Positions 47,454 through 59,949 of a stretch of 64,000 nt of DNA are shown in pieces (position 1 is the stretch's first letter; each line of letters starts with the position of its first letter). The DNA lies in contig RSEE01000009.1 of assembly GCA_003971905.1 (NCBI GenBank), forward strand, positions 1 through 64,000, given 5' to 3'. Both the position numbers and the translations under genes were made by a program. The notes beneath the pieces were generated by a model. It was not told where the DNA came from and did no database searches. It was given only the letters and a program-made list of their open reading frames with translations. Source of the stretch: Moniliella sp. 'wahieum'. Lineage: Eukaryota.

Positions 47454-50400
47454 TCAGAGTGGGTCTGGGCTGGGGAGGATTGGGGCGTGTGCAGTGGAGA
47501 AGAGAAGTTTGTCCGACGAGGAACCATTCATCAAGCTGAGTGGCTGCTCGACTTCGATGCTGGAAGACCATGAAGCTCCGAGAGAGTGGAGGGCCTCGCG
47601 AGGCTCGGGTGGAGGCTTTGACAGGGCAATGGGGATTGGCGAAGGAGTCAAGTCGTGCACGGGAAGAGGAAGGGGAAGGGGAACGGCGGAAGGCGTAGTC
47701 GCCTGGGTAGGTGTGGCTGATGGATGCAATGCTGGGGAGGGGAAGGGTGCGAGAGGTGAGGAGGGGATGTATTTCTTTCAGTCCGGCGCTGAGCGGATCA
47801 AGGTGAGGAGGGTCAGTCGGGGGGTCAGATAGAGGGTCGGACCAAACGTTGCCCTCCCACGAGGAAGTGCTATCGTTTCTTTCATGCCCAGGAGATGATT
47901 TTGACGCGACCAGCGGGGGAGCTTCCAAGGACGCACCCCTAATGCTTGATGATGGGCGGGCATCCCAAGGACTGTCCATCTCGGCAGAGCCTGGCTGATC
48001 ACCGAACAGCCACCCTCTTACTGGCAGACCAAAGGGCACGCACCTGCCTCTTCCCTGCCGCCGCAGGGTCCCAACCCTGCTCGTCTGAGTGGGAAGGGGC
48101 CGGATGGGGGTTCCCGTTGTCGGACGACCCATTGGCATGGGAATGGGACAAGATGTGTGAGAGCCTGTGGTTTTTGGGCTTGGTTTGGTACGGACGATAA
48201 GTCAACCCTGCGTATTCGTCCTTCGCCCCCTGCGTTAGGGGATCTTTGACCGCTCCTGTACCCCCTGAGCCTGGGTCCGGTTGACTTTGCGCAGCCGCCT
48301 CCATCCTTTGCTCGAGCCGCTTGCGTCGAGCGTCCCGCTGGGAGGCGGCCTCTGCCTGAGCAGCCTGCTCCAAATCGATGTAGGCATTGAGGTCTTCATC
48401 TGAGCGACGAAACAAAGCAGGCCAAAATCGTACATCTTTGCCGTCGGGCATCACCACGCCCATATCCGTCTTGGGCCGCTTAATGTCATCCAACTGGGGA
48501 TCGTACTGTGGATTTGCAAATACGGCCTTGGTGGTGGGCGAAAGAAGATCGTCCCACACACTCTTGACCCCAGGAAACTGGTGACGGAGGCGGAGTCGCT
48601 CAGCCTCCGAGTTAAAGGGAAGGTGCCCGTGGTGCACTCGTGAAGCGCTCGTTGCAACTCAACGAGCCAGCCAGTGGAAAACTCAAATCGTTCTGGGAAT
48701 TGACGGTGAATTTGATAAATGCAATCGAGGAACTGATGAAAGACAGGGGAGATCTCTTTGAGGTGCGTGACCGACTCTTGGTCGTGGGGCCCCCGTAAGT
48801 TGGCGGCCACGGATTTGGTAAATCCCCATAGCGCTGAGGCGGCATTGGCCGGCTCAAACCCTCCATTGCGCGAGTCCGAGTCCGGCTCGGGCTCAGGCGA
48901 GGGTTGGTACTTGTCGTCAAAGAAGTGGTGTGCGACAAGTGGCCAGTTCGATCCAAAAACCGATGGCCAAACGCAACAAAGTCTTTCTCAATCAAGACTG
49001 CAAATCCCTGGAAGGTACGAAAGTAGGGGTCCAAGCATACCTGGGCCGCTGCCGAAAGCTGAGACGTGCGATCCCATCCATCAGAGCAATGGATGAGGAC
49101 ATGGGCGCACTCCACATGCACTGTTCGTACAATCTTGCCTACCCCTTCAAGCAGAGTAGAAATGTGCTTCAGCCCCCGAGCGCTTGACCTGCCCTGGATC
49201 AAGGAACGGTAGGGAATTTTTAGATTCGGCACCAAAGCCAGGAGCAACATCAGCGTCGCTCAAAGCTTCAGTAATTGCCTTAAGCGAGTCCCGCATGACA
49301 TGGATATTGTCGATCCCAAGGAAGACCTTGCGGCAGCCAGGGTAATAATCCATCGTCTCGCTCCCGGCTCCCTTGGCATGATTGGCATAGGCATTGGTGG
49401 TAGGCCGGGCATCGATAATCACATTGTTGGTCCTGGCTCCGTAAATGTGCTGAGTGCCTAACGACGTAGGTGCCTCTGACGAGTCAATTGCGTCAAATCC
49501 CCCCAAGGACGAGTCAGCAGTGTGTGTTTCGTCCCCCGTAAAAGGAGTTGTCCCGTTGGGAGGCGCACCAACATGTGTTCCCCCAGCAAAAAGATGAGAC
49601 GAAAAGATGGCATCGACCAACTTTTCATCCTGGACACTACGACTGTACCGCAGTCCTACCAATGGCTGGGACGAACGGGTAATGGTGGCCAAGTGGGCCC
49701 AGTGGAGGTAGGTCAGGGCAGGGAGCCGCGACTTGGACCGGAACTTGGCGCCATGCTGCAGAGTCGTATCGCTGATCCTTGAGGGAACGACCAACAACGA
49801 GGGGTATGTTGGGCAGAACTGGTGAATCGAACCAAGGGATTAGAAGATCTCATTAAGAAAGGTGGAAGACAACGTGTCCGGCCGGATTGGGAGCCAAGCT
49901 TACAGTATGGGTCTCATTGAGCGTCGTCGTCCTCCATGCACGGGTACGGGTCCAGACACCTTGTCGTTCGAATTCCCTCTTGGGATCGTAGATGAGCCAT
50001 CCGGGTGGAGAGAGACTGGTTTCAGAACCATCGGTGGGAGCAGCAGATGGAGGTGATGAAAGCGGGAGCAAATTCAAATTCGGTTTCTCCTTTGTTAGAA
50101 ACGCGTCCGGATGAAAGCAGCAAGTTGTTCGATGTGCTTGAGAACTGTGCAGGAGCGCAAGGATCGGTACACGTCGTGGCAGACCTGGTCGCTGCCAAAG
50201 TAGAGTGTGAGCGACTCAAAGTCCTTGAGTTGAATCCAGAGGGGGAATGCTCGGAACTGGAAGGATGGAGCAAGAGTGGCGGCATAGGCATGCGGGAGAG
50301 GGACGCTGGGCAGGCGGGTGACATGGCCAATCAGGTGCACGGAAAATGCAATCGTCTCGCCTGGGCGGGCGCCGAAGATACGCTGACGCGGTTCGTCGGC

Positions 50401-50598
50401 AGTGTGCGGGACACTAAGCGCAGGGGATTTTGTAGGAGTCACGTCGGCGCTGGGAGGCGTGCCAGAATCAGAGCTGGAGGCGGGGTCGAGCTGGAGGATA
50501 ACGTGATGGGCTGTGAGGGCAAGTGAGGCTGCGCCATACACGTACCGGCGCTGGACCAGAACGCGGGGGACACCAGGTAGGACAGGCTGGCGGTCCAT
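47454..50598 (-). CDS. YMR1: Myotubularin phosphoinositide 3-phosphatase, frameshifted; intron at about 49819-49902
   Basis: Catalytic motif HCSDGWDRT; GWLIYDPKREFERQG; FRSKSRLPALTYLHW; ITRSSQPLVG; IIDARPTTNA; LGIDNIHVMRDSL; SPVFHQFLDC.YQI.RQFPERFEF. Confidence 0.93.
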
Positions 50599-50793
50599 GG
50601 AGCGCGGCCGTGTAGGAACGGGCAAGTGAGGTGGTGGTGGTGGCGGTGGTGGCGGTGATGGTGGTGGGCGGTGGCGGTGGTGGCTTGGAGAAATGGAGGC
50701 GATGGGGGCGGCTTGCGCCAGGATGGTTATCGCTGAGCGCTGATAGCTGGCCGATGGCAGGATGGATGATGCATGATGGAGGCCGATGATCGA

Positions 50794-50820
50794 TGACGCG
50801 TGACGCGTGACGCGTGACGC
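50794..50820. repeat. (TGACGCG)n array containing three ACGCGT sites upstream of myotubularin
   Basis: tgacgcgtgacgcgtgacgcgtgacgc seen directly. Confidence 0.8.
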
Positions 50821-50960
50821 TGGGAGCGATCTATGCCAGGCCATTGCAGCTCTGCCCACACTGCCCCTGTGCGCAGCGCAGCGCTCCTCCATCCGCCTGA
50901 TGTCCATCGGCCCGTTGGCTTCCATGGCCTCCATGGGTTGCGGTGCAAGCGCCGCTCCGT

Positions 50961-52030
50961 CTACGCCGTGGCCGCGTCCAGGCCTAGCTGGCGCAACGGC
51001 AAGGTGCGCTCCAGCGCCCGTTTACCCGGCAAGGCAGTGAGCGTCTGGCGCTTGGTGAGCATGCGCTTGCTGTGTGTCGGCTGCTGTTCGTGCCGCATAA
51101 TCTTGTGAAGCCAGGCGACATTTTTGGTGCTCTGCCGCTCGATCAGCTCGCTGCTTGACCAACGCACGCGATAGGTCGAACGCCTCAATCGACCGAGATG
51201 CGACGAGGCTGTGGTGCGCAGTCCGCCCCATCTGCCGCGCCTTGCGCACCTCTCCACGCGGGCGCGGCGAGTTGGACTGGTACCACTCCCATTGCAGCTT
51301 GTGCTCGTCCACCGTGGCAGGGAAGCGGGAGCCAATGTCCGTCTCGATATTTAGCGTCCCTATTAGACGCTTCACACCGGACCCAACCAAACTTCCCGCT
51401 TCTCTGCCGTCCTGTCGTGGCGCGATTGCGGAAGCCCGAGCCCGGTCGCCTCGTCTCGGTGCGGGCAGGAATGGCGGGCATATATGCATAAAGAGTCGCG
51501 GAGCACGCTGTCCAGCTGACTTCAAGGTGGGGAGGAACAAAGAGGAAGGAAGCGGTATAAGGTACGGGGAGAGAGGACGCACCCCCTTGGGAAAAGGCCG
51601 TTTGGCGCCTTTGTCCTTCCTTTTGGCCTCCTTGGTCGCCTTCTCCACCTTATCTCCTCCTTGATTTCATCCTGGACTGCCTGCATTTCCGAAAACGTAT
51701 CCTGGGCAACAATCTCCTTGTCGTCACTGACTCCCGCCTCTTGCGCTGCCGCCTCGGCTTGAGCCTCTCCTCTCTACTCCTTTTCCTCCGACACAACCTC
51801 GATTTCGCCCCTCCACCTTCAGAGCAGCCGTTTCGGCTCCCTTAAGTTTCTGCAGATTGTTCTCCGTGTGGCACAGGAAAGCAATGCGAGAAGAAGCGAC
51901 CGAGACCAAGTCGTGGGTTCCGACCACAAAACCGGGTTCGTCACTCCCATCCTGTTCAGCTTAACGTGGCCACCAAGTATGAGCAAACGGGCCTGGTAGA
52001 CCGAAGTGGCCAAGCATCTATTTAACCTCC
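50961..52030 (-). CDS. NAM9: Mitochondrial ribosomal protein uS4m (Nam9), C-terminal half; N-terminus unreadable
   Basis: S4 domain RCLATSVYQARLLILGGHVKLN...HDLVSV; Nam9-like C-terminal motifs FLFVPPHLEVSWTACSA and KLQWEWY, in shifted frames. Confidence 0.7.
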
Positions 52031-53386
52031 CAGCGCCTCCTCCTTTGTGTCTACTATAGCGCAACAACCGTTCCAGCCAAATGACCAACCGGCACCCTTT
52101 GTATCAATTGACTACTACATCTTCATCCTCTCCCCCACGGCTCGTTACCCTGGCACCCCGGGTGCCATGTGTTGGAAGAAGCACCGGGGGTGGCGACGGT
52201 GGCGAAACAGACGCAACATTAACTATTCCCACCTGGACCAACTGGGGCGACCCCACACCTTTCTCTCCCGCCCACGAGCCGGGGCGGGGGTGAATACCGC
52301 ATATACGCATTTTCACCCCACAGCACGAATTTTGTTCCGTGGGGCATCCTACCCTGGCGCTTCCCACGGTGCCTGGGCGGCGCTCACGGGCGAGAAGAAG
52401 AAGGAAGTCATGCAGGGCTCCCTCTTGGTACCTCTGCAGGCAGCCAAGGCACCGTTCTATTAAGTCGCAAGGGACGAGTCCGTGTCTGCTCGGATCTGGA
52501 TACCCTTTGGATTCATGATGGCAGCGAAACAATTCCCTGCATATATCGAGGGCAACATGGTCTGTGAGCGACATAGTTGGCTGGTTGCGCCAGTGAGTGA
52601 TGTGCATGGCGGTGTTGGCAAACCCTTTCGCCACATATGAGAACCCCACCCCCATGTCCTCACCGCTCTTTTCGTGACTGTTCTTCTATATTATACTGGG
52701 GGCGAGCGAGGGGTAATAGAATCGAACAACAGAAAGGCATCTGTATATACCAGTGGCACATCAGAGAGAGCTGGGATGAAAACAAGCTCTTTGCAAGCGA
52801 TCTTCCATGCTTCCTAGCTCGCCATCTCTCTGCGGGAACGATACACAACAAAACATACCAGGAGGGAGAGGGGTATAGAAACCATGTGTGCACCCATATG
52901 GTGCGCCACCACCACCGCCCCATCAGTCGCACAGAGAGGCGCAACGCGACTTGCAATAAGCTGTATCACCAAAAACTATATTGTGATGTGCGCCACCGCT
53001 CATCCGCGCGATGGCATAGGGGGGTAAGAAGTATAAGAAACCAGATCAGGGAGGAAGGAGGACTGGGGTTAAATGTAAAAGGCCAAAGAAATGGTGGGCG
53101 ACGAAACCTGGAAAAGAAGCACTGTGATGATTGCCGTCCAAGATGATGCAAACCGCACAACGGGTGGTGGATGAGGTGGTGGAAAACGGTCAAAGTCAAC
53201 CAGCGACACTACAGAGGGACATGAAGAAAGTGGACACATGTCACCAGGCTTGGTTGCTGTTGTGACCAAGAACCCAGCGAGAAATATGTTGAAACTCTTA
53301 CTAGGCCTAAAAAGAAGACCAAAGGGACCTTGGACATAAGCGCGAGCCATAGGGGTGGTACGGAATGGGGATAAAACGTCCAACAG

Positions 53387-54138
53387 TCAATGGTCAACCA
53401 TCAGGGAATTGTTGGTGGAAGGATTGGCCATCGGTGCCACATCATCCACAACAACCGGGTCTCTGCGGTTGGGGTTGCTGGGGTGGAAATGCCATTCGTT
53501 CGCCGCGATACGGAACACTTGATTGTGGGGCAAGCCTGGGTGCCGGGCTTTCACCAAGGGAAGGGCGGTTGACATGTAGGCATGGTACTTGCTCTTGGGC
53601 CGGCGCCGCGGGGGATCGGATTTTGCCCCTTACTGGTCCTCTTCTTGTGGTTGCGGGGCGTGCCGATCTGGGGCTGGGGGAGATGCGTATGAGGAACAGG
53701 ACCGGGGACGAAGGAGGACACTAGGCCAGGTGGAGCAGAAATCCCAGGACCAGGATCCGTGTCGATGAGGCTGTCGATTAAGGCGGCCATATCCTCTGAT
53801 GAGGATGGCAACATACCGTTCCCCTGGGAGGCCGGTCCGATGTTGGTGCTCCAGTTTGGGCTTACTGGGGCAGCGGGGGGAGGGTGCTATTGTCGTGGCT
53901 GGATCCATTCGTGTTGTTCGAGGCGAAGTGGGGTGGGGACATCAAGGGAGAAGGGCACTCATTGGCCGTGGCAGGGAGATGAGGAGTGGCGTCGCTGCTG
54001 TCCTCGCCAGGGTGAGCGATGAGAGGGCTTTGCTTGTTGCCTTCCTGCAGGATGATCTTTAGGGAAGTGGTAAACGGAGGGGTAGAACCAAGGCGTCTGA
54101 GCTTTGAGTTTGCCCGTGGGAGGAGTGCGACGAAACAT
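53387..54138 (-). CDS. YABBY/HMG-box-like domain protein, frameshifted
   Basis: RRRPKSKYHAYMSTALPLVKARHPGLPHNQVFRIAANEWHFHPSNP matches the YABBY/HMG-like pattern S.Y..YM...L..VK..HP.L.H...F..AA..W...P.NP. TATATA lies about 50 nt upstream of the ATG at 54138. Confidence 0.6.
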
Positions 54139-55458
54139 GGCGTGGGTCGTGGCGGATACAGAAGTGCGCGCCCACGGAGAGACCTATATATGGACAGCAG
54201 AGAGAGGCGTCGTCCACACGGGAGAGGCGGAGGATGAAGAGCGGAGGAGCCCGTGGGAAAGACGGGAGGTGGCTGGAGGAGAGGAGGTGGGGATGCAGCG
54301 CAACCCAGTGGGCCAGCAGACAGTCGTCCGGATGCCGGCTGGGCAGTGGGCTGGATGAGTAGGGCTGGATCTATCTGGTGGGCTTGCCGTTGGGAGCGTG
54401 TCGGCGGCTGCTCCACCGCGAGCACTGGGCGACAGCCCCCGTGCCACAAGACACATGATGCATGACACGCGACAGCTCCGGTGTGGGCGGGCGTGGGCGT
54501 GGGTGGGTGCGGGGCGATTGGTTGCCCAGGACGGCACAGAGGAGGGGTTGATGAGCTGGTGAGTAGAGTAGAGTATATCAGCGCCTGAACACGGAAGAGC
54601 ATCCGGTCGGCATTGTGCCAAGCATCACGCCCTCCTCATCCAAACATCAGGTGTTGAGCAGCTCTGGACACGTGGTGCCCGCCTACGTCTGTGTATCCCA
54701 TCGTCGTTCCCGCGCTGCCGACGGGGCCATTACATCGTCTCCCTCTCAGGAGTAGCTCCTGCCACTGCCAGGCCCAAGGGTCGTCTGCCTGTCAAATGTG
54801 TGTCACACATGCCGCTATCACATGGCGATCACCGTGTGGCGTTCGCTGCCAAAAGGACAACGGTTCAACTACCGGTACTGGCCATGTCACGTGATACGCG
54901 GCAAACGCCGGCGGGAGTGCGTGGCGGCGCCTCGGCCGACCCGGACGGAGACAGCCAAGGCGGGCCAAGCGGGCCGGGGCGATAATGGAGGCGATAAGCG
55001 CTGCCAACACGCACAAAGACGCTGGCGATGGCATGTGCATGATCGATGATCCATAGCCGCGTCGTGCGCTGTGGTGCCATCGGCCGCCAGCCTGCGCGGC
55101 CAGTAGGGTTGCTCCTGCCCTGCCGTAGCACGCCATTTCGCACTGAATGGCGCCGGCTCTGGTGCCGCCCACGGGTCGCACGGCGCCGCACGAGCATCCA
55201 CCGCGTATCATCGTGCATCATGCATCCGGCGACACCTTGACAGCTGGCACTGTGAACACTGCGCGGCACGACGCCAGTGACGCGTGGGGGCCGGCTGGGC
55301 TGGAAGGCCCGGTGGGATCTGGGAGCGCAAGGCGCGCGAGGCATGCCATCACCATCACCCATCAGTCATCACTCCCTCACTCCTGGCCAACGCACCGGCA
55401 CCAGCAAAAACCCAAGCCGACTCCGCACGTGGCCAGCACGCAGAAAAACCCGTGCGTT

Positions 55459-55463
55459 TATAA
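55459..55463 (+). promoter_or_regulatory. TATA box of the SAM synthetase gene
   Basis: TATAA about 80 nt before the ATG at 55542, followed by a CT-rich leader. Confidence 0.55.
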
Positions 55464-55541
55464 GGCACTGCCCCCCCCCTTCCCCTCGGCTTCTTCTTCC
55501 GTCCCCCTCCCTCTCTGCCCGCACGCTGCCTGCCCTCCGCC

Positions 55542-56780
55542 ATGCCTGCTAACGGTGTTTCTTTCCACAACCACAAGCTGCCCGAGGGCCACTTCCTCTT
55601 CACCTCGACGTCTCCATCCACCCTCAGTCCCTGCGCGCATCGCCTAACCCCCCCCCTTTCGTCTCCCCCAGCGAGTTTGGTGAGAGGCCACCGACAAGAT
55701 CTGTGACCAAGTGTCCGATTGCCATCCTCGATGCCTGCTGCCAGGACCCCAACTCCAAGGTTGCCTGCGAGACGGCGACCAAGACGGGCATGGTCATGGT
55801 TGGCGAGATCACGACCAAGGCGGGATGACTACCAGAAGGTCATTCGCGACACGATCAAGGAGATTGGGTACGACGACAGTGCCAAGGGCTTCGACTACAA
55901 GACGTGCAATGTGCTGGTTGCCATTGAGCAGCAGAGCCCGACATTGCCCAGGGCCTCGACCACGGCTCGCTGGAGGACCACGGCGCTGGTGACCAAGGCA
56001 TCATGTTTGGCTATGCGACGGATGAGACGCCTGAGCTTATGCCCCTCACACCTCACCCTCGCCCACAAGCTGAACCGGGCCCTGACCGTCGCTCGCAAGA
56101 CGGGCGCGCTTCCCTGGCTCCGCCCCGACACCAAGACGCAGGTGACTGTGCAGTACAAGAAGGATGGCGGTGCGGTGGTGCCCGTTCGCGTCGACACGGT
56201 TGTCGTCTCGACCCAGCACTCGGACGACGTGACGACGGAGCACCTGCGTGCCGAGATTCTGGAGAAGATCATCAAGGAAGTCATCCCTGCCCACCTGATT
56301 GACGAGCAGACCATCTACCACATCCAGCCTTCGGGCCGGTTCGTGATTGGCGGCCCTCAGGGCGACGCTGGTCTGACGGGGCGCAAGATCATCGTTGACA
56401 CCTACGGCGGCTGGGGCGCGCACGGCGGCGGTGCCTTCTCGGGCAAGGACTTCTCCAAGGTGGACCGTTCGGCGGCCTACACGGCGCGGTGGGTGGCCAA
56501 GTCGCTGGTTGCCGCTGGCCTGGCGCGTCGCGCGCTGGTTCAGCTGTCGTACGCGATTGGGGTTGCAGAGCCGCTGTCGGTGTTTGTCGAGTCGTACGGC
56601 ACGTCGTCCAAGTCGGATGCCGAGCTGGTTGACATTGTGCGCAAAAACTTTAACCTCAAGCCCGGTGTGATTGTGCACCACCTCGAGCTGCAAAAGCCTA
56701 TTTACCGTTCCACCGCTTCGTACGGCCACTTTGGGCGCCCCGAGTTCACCTGGGAGCAGCCCAAGAAACTGACGCTGTAA
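55542..56780 (+). CDS. SAM2: S-adenosylmethionine synthetase; intron at about 55607-55671, 5' part heavily frameshifted
   Basis: [91 protein letters not shown]. Confidence 0.97.
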
Positions 56781-56842
56781 ACGGCCACCTCTGAACCTGC
56801 CACTCACTCTACTCTTGGTTCAACTCCAAGTGGGGAGCCGGT

Positions 56843-56884
56843 CGTGATCCGTGACTCGTGACCCGTGACCCGTGACTCGTGACC
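56843..56884. repeat. (CGTGAYY)n heptamer tandem repeat
   Basis: cgtgatccgtgactcgtgacccgtgacccgtgactcgtgacc seen directly. Confidence 0.85.
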
Positions 56885-57661
56885 AACCCGGCTCCCTTCC
56901 AAAACTACGCGGCTTGCCTCCTTATCGACTTCTCCTTCTGTCCTTTACCTTGCTCGTCTCAACGACTTCCATGTATCTCGATACGCGTGTACAACATGTC
57001 GGTTCACCCCGGACCTTGATTCCCCCCTCTCATCCTCATCGCATTGCTTCAACGGCTTACCAGCACCACCCTCTCTCCCCTGTGCATTGTAGTGCTTTAT
57101 TAGCTGCCTTAGGGTTAGCGCACCCCGTGCCAGGTATACATGGTTTGCTGCATCAGATTGTACAGGATGACCGGCCTCCCAGACGCAGAGGCAGGGGAAC
57201 GGGAGGTGAGCAGGACAGCCAGCCAGTGAGACGCTGGTACGCACGCTGCCCTTGTCAGAACCATGCCGCCTTGTTTGCGCCCATCAAGCATCCGACCAGA
57301 TGGCACGTGACCGCGTGACCTGGACTGAAGTGAGCTTGGCGTAGGACCTGTGCCACATGTGGCACGTCGCCTGGGAAAGCTGAAATGTATAGGTCCCACC
57401 AGGCGCAGCCGCCCACTGCATGCATCCATTGCCAGCCAGACGCTCGCGTGCCTACATAATGCAGGACGGGCAATCGATGATCACCGATCACATGCATTAC
57501 GTAGTCTCGGCGCTCAGCCGGGGCGTACCAACCCTAGTAAATTGGAGTTTATTGCGGGTGCCGCAGCACGGTGCGCTTGGGAATGCAGAAGCCAAAACGG
57601 GCGAGGGAGGGCAAGCTGCTTGTTCCCTCACCGCCATCTTGCCAAGCGTGCGACTGCCAAG

Positions 57662-58312
57662 ATGTCCAAGATCCAGGTCTCGTCCGTCCGTGCCTCGCTC
57701 CAGGAGCTGCTGAAGGCCAGCGAGGAGAAGCACCGTAACTTTAACGAGACGGTGGAGCTGCAGATTGGCCTCAAGAACTACGACCCCCAGCGTGACAAGC
57801 GTTTCAGCGGCACCATCAAGCTGCCCCATGTGCCCCGCCCGCGCATGACGGTGTGCATTCTGGCTGACGCTGCCCACGTTGACCAGGCCAAGCTGATCGG
57901 CCTTGACTTCATGACGGTGGAGGACCTCAAGAAGCTCAACAAGAACAAGAAGCTGGTCAAGAAGCTGGCCAAGAAGTTTGACGCTTTCCTTGCCTCGGAG
58001 GCGCTCATCAAGCAGATTCCTCGTCTGCTCGGCCCCGGTCTTTCCAAGGCGGGCAAGTTCCCCACCCCTGTCTCGCACGCCGACGACTTGGAGAAGAAGG
58101 CGATCGAGGTGAAGAGCACGATCAAGTTCCAGCTGAAGAAGGTGCTCTGCCTGGGTGTGGCCATTGGCCACGTGCAGATGTCGGACGAGGAGTTGCTCGC
58201 CAACGTGATGCTTGCCATCAACTTCCTCATCTCGCTGCTGAAGAAGAACTGGCAGAACGTCAAGTCGCTCAACGTCAAGTCGACCATGGGCCACCCTTAC
58301 CGTCTGTACTAA
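57662..58312 (+). CDS. RPL1: 60S ribosomal protein uL1 (L1/L10a), 216 aa, intronless
   Basis: MSKI...[27 protein letters not shown]...[18 protein letters not shown]...[22 protein letters not shown]. Confidence 0.98.
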   Translation: MSKIQVSSVRASLQELLKASEEKHRNFNETVELQIGLKNYDPQRDKRFSGTIKLPHVPRPRMTVCILADAAHVDQAKLIGLDFMTVEDLKKLNKNKKLVKKLAKKFDAFLASEALIKQIPRLLGPGLSKAGKFPTPVSHADDLEKKAIEVKSTIKFQLKKVLCLGVAIGHVQMSDEELLANVMLAINFLISLLKKNWQNVKSLNVKSTMGHPYRLY

Positions 58313-58642
58313 ACAGCTCGCCGATTTCCTTTAGGCATGAAGAATGACGTACGGCTGTCGCACGCTACACCAGTAGTCGCCCCCTCTTGGCTTTTGTCAT
58401 GGAGCGGCAGACTATGAGGGGAGCTTTTCATTGCCTCAAAATTGCTTGCAATCCATGATCCTTGGTCTTGGGCTGGCTTAAATATTTAGGGGAGATGCGT
58501 ATGTAGTTGTGCTTGTAGCCAAGAGGACAGCAATTGCTCGCGATTCCCAGGATTTTGGTCGTATTCGGCAGCATCCCCGTGGCCTACCGTGGCAAGCAAA
58601 TCAGGATCAGGGGCTGAGCCCGTGCGGTGATCAATATTCGGT

Positions 58643-59599
58643 CGGTGATGGGTTTTGCGCGAGGGTGGAGGCCGGAGAAGAGCTGAGGAGGAATATGCGC
58701 AACGCCGTTCCGCTCGGGGTTTGTGCTGTGCCGTGTATTTTTTACTGCGTTGCCGCTGGGGGCCGTTTCTTTCTTTCCACCAAACCCTTCTCGTGGGTCT
58801 GGCGGCCTGCTGGGCTGCCGGGCCTGCCCACGCACGCGGTGCACACCAAAGGGTGACGGCCAAAGGACCGCACTAGCAGCCCCCCTCGCCGCTTCCGGTG
58901 GCTGAGTCGCTGTTGGGAAAGTCCCGGACGGTGCGGTGACGTCTGGCTGCCCTCCCACGCAGGAGGGGCACCAGGGTGCGACCCATGTCCTCTGTCGCTT
59001 TGCTTGCATCCTCTTGGGCTCCACGTGAGGACGTGGCTGTCCTAGGCTGTCTCTTGGATGGGTACGAGGAAGCGCACCGGCAGCGGAAAGCGCGCGGTTG
59101 AGATGCCCTTGCGGGCAGGTACTCTGTAACTCTCATCATGGGGACCGAAGCATGGTGCGCTCACCCTCTGCCCATCCATGGGATGGATCTGATGATGGAC
59201 TTTCATGTTCGTGGTTGCTTGGAGGGCACTCCTCTGGGTGTTAGGGGCTGGGGTAGCTCCTGTTGGTTTGGGGCGCAGGTGAGCGAAGACACGAGCCCTG
59301 CGCCTGCAGGAAGAGCTGGTCCTGCTCTGTGCCTGGGGTGGTGGCGAGCAAAGCGAGATGAAATGGGTGGTGCTGATCCCGCTTGTTGGTCATCTTCATA
59401 CAGTTATGCGGTCGCCGCGTAGCGGTAACACGACGGGGCTTACTCTTGACCGTCACCCTTTGTTGCTGTCCCGTAAATGGGCGGGCAAACAGGCCCTGGT
59501 GCCACCCCTGGTGGGTTGGGCGCTGGGGCAATCTCACTTTTTTCCCCTTTTCGCCTCGGTGCCTTTGGCGTCGAGGTGCGCACGCATGCATCTATCCTT
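58643..59599 (-). mobile_element. ~930-bp dispersed repeat, copy 2 (inverted relative to copy 1)
   Basis: The reverse complement matches 35482-36419 with scattered substitutions and small indels. Confidence 0.7.
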
Positions 59600-59949
59600 A
59601 CTGAGGAACACTATTTTGGTCCGAGTTCATTCCCTTTGTCGTCGTCACGAGCGTGTACGTAGCTCCCAAAGGGAAAGTATCGTAGCGTGGTTGCGGAGTG
59701 TGCCCGTACGGGGTTTCCCGCGTAGCTGGCTGTTGAGTCCATGACAGCGTGTGCCAATCGTCGGGGCTGCGCTACAACAAAGCGCGGCTACTACCAGCCC
59801 CTGGCGCCCGGGTCCTTGCTGTTTTGTCAGACAAAATGAAATGAGCCATGGCAGGTCCAATTCATTACCTAAATGCCCAGCAGTTTAAATGCGTGCCGTG
59901 ATCACGGCACTCTGAAGGGGTGGCATGCCACCCGCATCCAGCCATCAGC

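Noticed and set aside
12776..56780. CYS4 and SAM2 as a sulfur-metabolism gene cluster
   Set aside because: They are more than 40 kb apart and separated by many unrelated genes.
57109..57118. TTAGGGTTAG (minus strand CTAACCCTAA), resembling a telomerase RNA template or telomeric seed
   Set aside because: A single 10-mer is not unlikely by chance in 128 kb of both strands. The intergenic space is under 0.9 kb and no supporting structure was seen.
57497..58294. Long antisense ORFs over RPL1 (also over SAM2, the C2H2 gene and profilin)
   Set aside because: Expected shadow of strong GC3 codon bias; the translations have no protein-like features.
58310..58417. Stop-codon readthrough of RPL1 ending in ...SGRL* as a cryptic peroxisomal signal
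   Set aside because: The stop is TAA-A rather than the leaky TGA-CTA context, and GRL is not a canonical PTS1.
36419..58643. Mating-type locus inside the inverted repeats
   Set aside because: No pheromone receptor, CAAX pheromone or homeodomain gene was recognised, and the HMG-like domain is YABBY-type rather than MATA-HMG.
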